Below are positions 20,101 through 25,000 of a stretch of 25,000 nt of DNA, piece after piece. Position 1 is the first letter of the stretch. Each line of letters starts with the position of its first letter. The position numbers and the translations under genes were made by a program. The notes beneath the pieces are model-generated. The model worked only from the letters and a program-made list of their open reading frames with translations, ran no database searches and was not told the origin of the DNA. Source of the DNA: Takakia lepidozioides (Eukaryota; Plantae; Bryophyta); contig JAKLZA010000018.1 in assembly GCA_030704615.1 (NCBI GenBank), positions 1 to 25,000 on the forward strand, written 5' to 3'.

Positions 20101-20947
20101 AATGCAAAGGGAAGGCTTGACGCCGAACAGTGTCACTTTAATATGTGTTCTCTCTGCATGCAGCCATGGCGGCCTAGTGGATGAAGGCAGACACTACTTT
20201 GATTGTGTGAGTCGAGATCATGGCTTTGCTGCCACCGTGCAGCACTTTGGCTGCATGGTGGACCTTCTTGGCCGTGCGGGACGATTGCATGAGGCAGAGG
20301 ACGTCATTAACAACATGCCGATCAAGCCGGATGCTGTGGTGTGGAAAGCCTTACTTGGTGCCTGCAGAATTCATGGCAATGTGGAGGTGGCAGAACGTGC
20401 TGCAAAATCTATTCTCAAGGGGGATCAACAGGACGCTGCAACTTACGTGTTGCTATCAAACATTTATGCCACAGCTGGCAGGTGGGATGATACTGCAAAG
20501 GTGAGAAAGATGATGAAGTTCAGAGATGTTAAAAAGGAGCCAGGTCGCTGCTGTATTGAGGTCAGCAACGGGGTGCACACCTTTATGGTAGATGACAAAT
20601 TTCATCAACAAATTGAAGAAATCCATGCTGAGCTGAGAAGATTGTCTGGGCAGATGAAGGACGGAGGGTATATGCCTGACACGCATTTTGTATTGCATGA
20701 TGTGGGGGAGGAGCAGAAGGAATTTTCTCTTTGCCACCACAGTGAGAAGCTGGCCATTGCTTTTGGACTGATCAGGACAGCCCCTGGGACGCCTCTCCGT
20801 ATCATCAAGAACCTTCGGGTGTGTGGTGACTGCCATACAGCCACCAAGTTCATTTCAAAGATTGTTGGGCGAGCAATTGTTGTACGAGATGCGAACCGCG
20901 TTCACCACTTCCAAGATGGGGTTTGTTCTTGTGGGGAGTACTGGTGA
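17192..20947 (+). CDS. PLS-class PPR-DYW C-to-U RNA editing factor with N-terminal OSB-type PDF repeats (copy 3, 1251 aa)
   Basis: Single ORF. Putative transit peptide; 2 PDF-like repeats (~17483-17863); L-S-(P-L-S)x6-P2-L2-S2 (18008-20332, 23 motifs); E1-E2; DYW domain from 20540 with HSEKLA, CGDCH, CSC and terminal EYW. Confidence 0.95.
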   Translation: MAGRAIRVPCSARCRGFPYKPPRGDAACKTGHVLTASETSGLFTRYVTPVHFSNHIELRVCLNSFKLNARQCRPVEEKVHGQGEEQQGRIRKCPKSQKEKLRNEVFADPRIRWDNPGRNMHPREPDLQHKSANQRLWIDSYNIPAWVDGELEKLDAAGAKYPKIDHTDEEKLWKEYFSNPSQCWDDRGTRKIHPREPDFKHNSANDGLWIDSYTKPLLTYAQLEAPPAQLCESGTPAMRTAFEICGDVRTLCKSGKVKAAMQILNQGGISADSKTYVCLLQECIRRRGLAEGKEVHAHIIQSGFKPDIFLHNTLINMHAKCGSLVDARIVFDSMPERGLVTWNIMIAAYVKHGHCREAFVTYKLMMQKGVTPNQVTFICVLKACASLADLEKGKEVHSQIMKSGIVPNIILETTLVNMYAKCRSIDNAKAVFDIMAKRDLVAWSAMIARYAEHGFATEALETYEQMMREGVKPDSVMFVCVCNACASLAVLEKAKEVHDDILKAGIVPDIILENTLMDMYAKCGSMNDAKGVFENMAKQDVVSWNAMIAGYAQNRCGIEALETYEQMMEEGVKPDQVTFVCVCSACASLAVLEKAKDVHADIVKAGIAPTVSLDTTLLDMFAKCGSINDAKEVFDNMAERDVVSWNAMIKGYAQCGYGMEALETYEQMRREGVKPNHVTFVCLCNACTSLAALEMGKEVHADIMRAGIGPDIILDNTLVDMYAKCGSIKEAKGVFENMAERNVVSWSAMIAGYAQQGCGMEALETYEQMVGQGVRPNQVTFISVCNACASLGSLEKCKGVHADIMRAGIGPDIILDNTLVDMYAKCWSITDAKAVFDSMGERDVVSWNAMIAGYVQHGFGREALETFDQMLQGGVKPDQVTFVCICNACSSLAALERGKEVHTEIVKSGIVPNIMLANTLVDMYAKCGSIGDAKGVFDNMAERNVVSWSAMIAGYARHGCRREALQLFEGMQREGLTPNSVTLICVLSACSHGGLVDEGRHYFDCVSRDHGFAATVQHFGCMVDLLGRAGRLHEAEDVINNMPIKPDAVVWKALLGACRIHGNVEVAERAAKSILKGDQQDAATYVLLSNIYATAGRWDDTAKVRKMMKFRDVKKEPGRCCIEVSNGVHTFMVDDKFHQQIEEIHAELRRLSGQMKDGGYMPDTHFVLHDVGEEQKEFSLCHHSEKLAIAFGLIRTAPGTPLRIIKNLRVCGDCHTATKFISKIVGRAIVVRDANRVHHFQDGVCSCGEYW
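17483..17863 (+). repeat. Two tandem PDF (OSB-like) motif repeats in copy 3
   Basis: KEKLRNEVFADPRIRWDNPGRNMHPREPDLQHKSANQRLWIDSYNIPAWVDGELEKLD and DEEKLWKEYFSNPSQCWDDRGTRKIHPREPDFKHNSANDGLWIDSYTKP. Confidence 0.85.
18008..20332 (+). repeat. PPR array of copy 3 (303-bp P-L-S period)
   Basis: Seven AKCxS S motifs followed by P2-L2-S2. Confidence 0.95.
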
Positions 20948-23900
20948 TACGAGGTGTGAGTGTTTGATCCATTCCTCAAGACTATGCAGCTGATGGGTTC
21001 ATGTTCCTGTCCCGGGGAATGTTGGCTATTAATATACCGTTGAGAGGCTGCTCCCTCCAATGTTAGCCTTCATGGCAAAACCTCGTCCTTATTGAGGCCA
21101 GATGACTGGCTATTGGGCAGTTGTAGTAAACTGCTTCTACCTTCAGTTGGAGCATAGCAATGAGTGGGTTCCCACCATTGCCTTGCATGTTAGCCCGCAC
21201 TGCACTTGACCTCCTTCCTTGGCACAGTCCCTTGTTTCTTGTTTGGAATTTCTTCCCAAACTCCCAGTTCAGTCAAACACCACTGGACCTCATCCATGCC
21301 ATAACAGGATTTCAAATGCTCCAAGATCTACTGCAAAATTGCCCGAAAGTAAATCTGGAACTAGCCGAACTGGCAGGAATGTCTGCTGCTGACAAGTTTG
21401 ATATACGCTTACCCTGAGCTCATCCTGCAGTCTGTGTCCCTCAGTATTCTTAGCATCATAGCCAAGCTAACCAATAGAAGGTGTTACTTGATCAACAAGT
21501 TCTCAGAGATGATGAACGTATTGTATTTGAAGTGTCATCTGCACTGTTGCAGTTGCCGGCGGATGCAGGGAGCAGGGGTGGCCTATTTGGGGGCACATGG
21601 GCCAGATGCAAATTTCCCCAACATTCTTCAAATAGGATTCGATACTTGGACAATTACCTGGAGCAGAACCCCTCCTTGCTTGCTGTTGGTGGCTTCTACT
21701 CATCTCCAAGCTGATGAAGATAATCAGGGAGTTCTCAGGCTTTCTGAAGGAAATTTTCTCCCTGAACCCAGGGAGTGAAAACAGCCAGTGTGCAGTCACT
21801 TGCGGAAGGATTGCTGATATGACACCAACTGTCAGAGGGGCTTCAGACCTGGACATCATCTTAAGAAGGTGACAGATGATGACTGCCGAATGTGACAGCA
21901 CTTTCATAGTTTGAAAGGAGGTTGTGAGTGGCCCTGAATAGTCATGAAGTGAATTTCCGGCCCTGGCATGAAGAGGCAGAAGATCCGTGTCTGCTCGGAT
22001 ACCTCTGCCCAGAACCTTAAAGAGAAATAAGTTGCCATGGAGAGTACATTTGAGCAGGATTCAGAGCTGGATTCATTAAGGAATGTTTGCATGATAAGAG
22101 GAAAGTCCTGCATCTGCATGACAGGAGATGGGCTCAATTCTTGAGATGGCAGTGAGGTACACTTGCTCCCTGTGATATTTGAAAGAGAGAATGCTTAGGG
22201 CTAACACAATTTGTACAGATAACGGCACCTCTCATCAGAAGAAATAGTGTAGGTGGCTCTGTGTGAAGTTGTGCATTTTCTGCAAGCACAGCTAACGCTG
22301 TCCATGGTAACTTCTCTTCTGAAGAGATTATAGTCCTGCACGAGTTAGTAGAACTCACCTCTGCACTCAGCTTCTGGCTGCCCAATTGGGGTTAAAATGA
22401 TTGCTCATATCAACACTCTAGCCAAAAACCAGATGAAGAAAAGAATGATGTCACTTAATTGATCCTAGTCTAGTGAAACATTGCCTAATGGGCCCCTGAT
22501 GTCAAGCCAGATAACATACCACCACTCAAATACCGCCAGAGTTTCCTTCATGTTCTCCCCCTTAATGTAATGACAGATGCGAATGTCATGAAGTTGTTGT
22601 AACCTTCATCTAGTGGTTCTTGGGTGCCATGTAGCAATGACAACCAGCTCCTGAAGTAAGGGAAATACGTGGGCTACAGATTCACAATAAATAACAAATT
22701 GTAACACTTCCATCGAATCACTGAGGGTGAGATAAGCTGAAAGATAGGCATTACAGCCCACCCTATAGGCATCAGCTTGTCCCTCCTTAGAACTCACAAC
22801 GGATCAAATTTTGCACAATAAATCTGACTAAAAGCCAGAATTGGACCAAACTTTGTAAGTTAGTCCTCAACAACAGCAAAACATCGGCAGTTGCAGGCTA
22901 GTGTAAACCATAGTGAACACCATGGGTGACGTTGGGGTTACAAAAGTGCCGGTCTTCTGGGAAAGGTGCACTCCTCGCAAACAGTAGTTGACAGGCAAGC
23001 CCAAGGTGTCCAGATTGCAGGCATGATATACTTACTAGGTCACAAGGTAGCCTGATGACATTAAGCTCTTGGTTCCCTGGAAAATCTCCTCATCATGACA
23101 CCATATTGTGGCGGTTCCTGGACATGCCCAGCATTTTCTACCCTCATGCTGCAAACATGGGCCAACAGGTCAACACATCCTCTTGGTGCCCTCTACAATT
23201 CTCCACATCAGATACAAAAACTTCACTTCAAATATGCTGAGGGTGAAACCAACAGGCTCGTCACAAATTTGGATACGTCCATCAGTACTCGAGTGCACTG
23301 CATGATTTCGGTTGCATACTGTTGAGTACTTTTCCACTTCGTTTTAACCAAACTGCAGTTTGCAACTCAACCCTTTTTGCTCTGTCCCACGCATGTGCTG
23401 TAGCCTTCATATGAGGTAAAACATCCACAGACCTCCATGGTCATGAACTGCCCTTACTTCGTCTGGACACCAAATGCTTGCAGGAGAAACTTGTTTGTAC
23501 ACAGGCATGGCCCCTTGTTTTGTCTTCACATTTTTCTGGACAAAAGCCTGGAACCCATCTCTTCCCGCACACTCTCTCCCTGCTTTAACCAATCTCCCTA
23601 ATCCCTGGTACTAAAACAGCAATAACCATCAAATAGCATGAGTCTTACAAACACATAAGTTGTAAATCTGTTGGCCAGGTGACATTCCTCATTCAGTTGT
23701 GGCTGATTCCTGGACAGATAGCCCTGGACGTTCTTGAGAGAGCATAATCATATAACAATGACAGAAAGATTTTCTCAGGAAAAGGGTAAATGCTCATCGG
23801 TCACAACTTGAAAGCACAACCAATATTTCAATTTACGAACCCTGACAGCTGAAAGAAATCCAAACCTCAACAAAGATTGTTGGTGTATCTCTGATAATAG

Positions 23901-24057
23901 ACCCTGACAGAGGTAGTTCATTGACGTACATGAAGGAGATCAGCCCTGATTGACTAGTTCAAAATCTTTGGCCTGCAGCTTACCTCAATACACGAACTTC
24001 CACCCCCACAACATTCAAATCTTTGAAAGCTGCGGGAGTGATGACCATCAGGCATGT

Positions 24058-24809
24058 TTAGAAGGTGGGGAGGGTGAGATGCTCCACATGTGAGGTGATG
24101 ATCTCCGGGCACAAATCAGCACGGACTAACTCCAACCGGTTACCATTTGATCTAAAACGTAGAATATAGTTTTCGTCCTCTTTCACACTCCCGTAAAGCC
24201 AGCAAAGAACCTGGTCAGCAAAGGCAAGGCAGACACCACCCTCCCAGTGATGTTTAAGCTTAACCCGCTGTGTTATGTCTTGGGGTTTCATGGCCTCAGT
24301 GCGTACGAGCCGGCCTGTGTCATCCCTGAGTACAGTACCAGATAGAATATAAGTCAGCTTTATCACAAATCATTGCACTACTTCTCTCATCCTAACCTGT
24401 TACTCCCCAGCTTTTCTCTCATTTCCCAGAAAGGAATGGCCCTAATATTCATGTTCCCCAGGTGGTGTAATCTTACCTGAACCCAATAACAATTCGCTGC
24501 ACTCCAGCAAGAAAGGACTGAATCCAAAACTTTAGAAGCTTCTCTCTTTCAAATCTGTCCACAGTGTGAGCATCCATCTCGCGGCTGGTTTTCAGCTCGA
24601 CAAAGACCTTTTTCCCATCATGGCTGGTATCATAGCAATCCATCTCTGCACCCATGATGATGCGGTGAGGACCCAGCTTAGTACGAATCACTGCACAGTA
24701 CTCAATGTTTGCATCCACAACATACATAGTCTCGTTGGCTGTTGAAGTGTAGTTCCTGGCAGCTCCATTGGCCATGTGGCGTGATGAGACAGGGACTTCC
24801 GCCAAACCC
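24058..24809 (-). CDS. DXO1: DXO/Rai1-family decapping exoribonuclease, last two coding exons (24809-24477 and 24325-24058); 5' part lies outside the window
   Basis: [28 protein letters not shown]...FVELKT...[22 protein letters not shown]|DDTGRLVRT...[19 protein letters not shown]. Contains the Rai1/DXO motifs GAEMD, ELK and [10 protein letters not shown]. The phase-2 GT..AG intron 24476-24326 restores FRDD. The acceptor at 24810 is less certain. Confidence 0.92.
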
Positions 24810-25000
24810 CTGTGAATAATCAATCCATGAATGTGTTGAAACCGATGAGAAGTAGCTTTGTCCTATAATGAGTTGGTATACAATACTAGCCAAACAGTCT
24901 TTCCATCTGCAATAGCTGCAATAGCCAATGGCTACACAGAAGATGGCAAATACCTAGCTGACATCACTCCTATTAAAACATCAAGGTAAAGATATAAGCT

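Noticed and set aside
4860-20332. Regularly spaced repeats as a CRISPR-like array
   Set aside because: They are in-frame, degenerate protein-coding PPR triplets. There are no identical short repeats with unique spacers and no cas genes.
4868-20853. Many minus-strand ORFs (MLPHLAYM.., MAVTTHPKV.. etc.) inside the PPR genes
   Set aside because: Antisense shadows of the repetitive PPR/DYW coding sequence. They recur with the 303-bp period and across paralogs and have no independent features.
22850-23610. Minus-strand coding-like stretch, considered as a transposase remnant
   Set aside because: No diagnostic motif could be assembled in any frame.
20947-24809. Functional link between DXO1 and the PPR cluster
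   Set aside because: Convergent neighbours in a eukaryotic genome; adjacency alone is not evidence of a shared pathway.

Overview
Eukaryotic, land-plant nuclear DNA; the PPR motif style suggests a non-seed plant, which is inference. The core is a tandem, same-strand (+) cluster of three intronless paralogous PLS-class PPR RNA-editing-factor genes: two intact PLS-E1-E2-DYW genes (4056-7193 and 17192-20947) and a middle copy (~9287-12714) whose ends are decayed but whose PPR array is still one open frame. All three carry 2-3 tandem ~70-aa N-terminal repeats (LWKxxFSNPxxxWDxRxxKxxPRxPDFKxKxxxxxLW...PxWVxxEL) that I recognise as the PDF motif of plant organellar ssDNA-binding OSB proteins. This gives a putative ssDNA-binding module fused to a PPR-DYW cytidine deaminase, an architecture I do not know from described editing factors. 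Also present: a decayed intron-containing DDE integrase-type transposase (651-2333, -), a hAT-type MITE with an 8-bp TSD, a TA-flanked Tc1/mariner-type MITE, an orphan GH1 beta-glucosidase exon, local diverged duplications, microsatellites, and the last two coding exons of a DXO1/Rai1 gene (-). All calls come from reading the sequence by eye; no searches were run.
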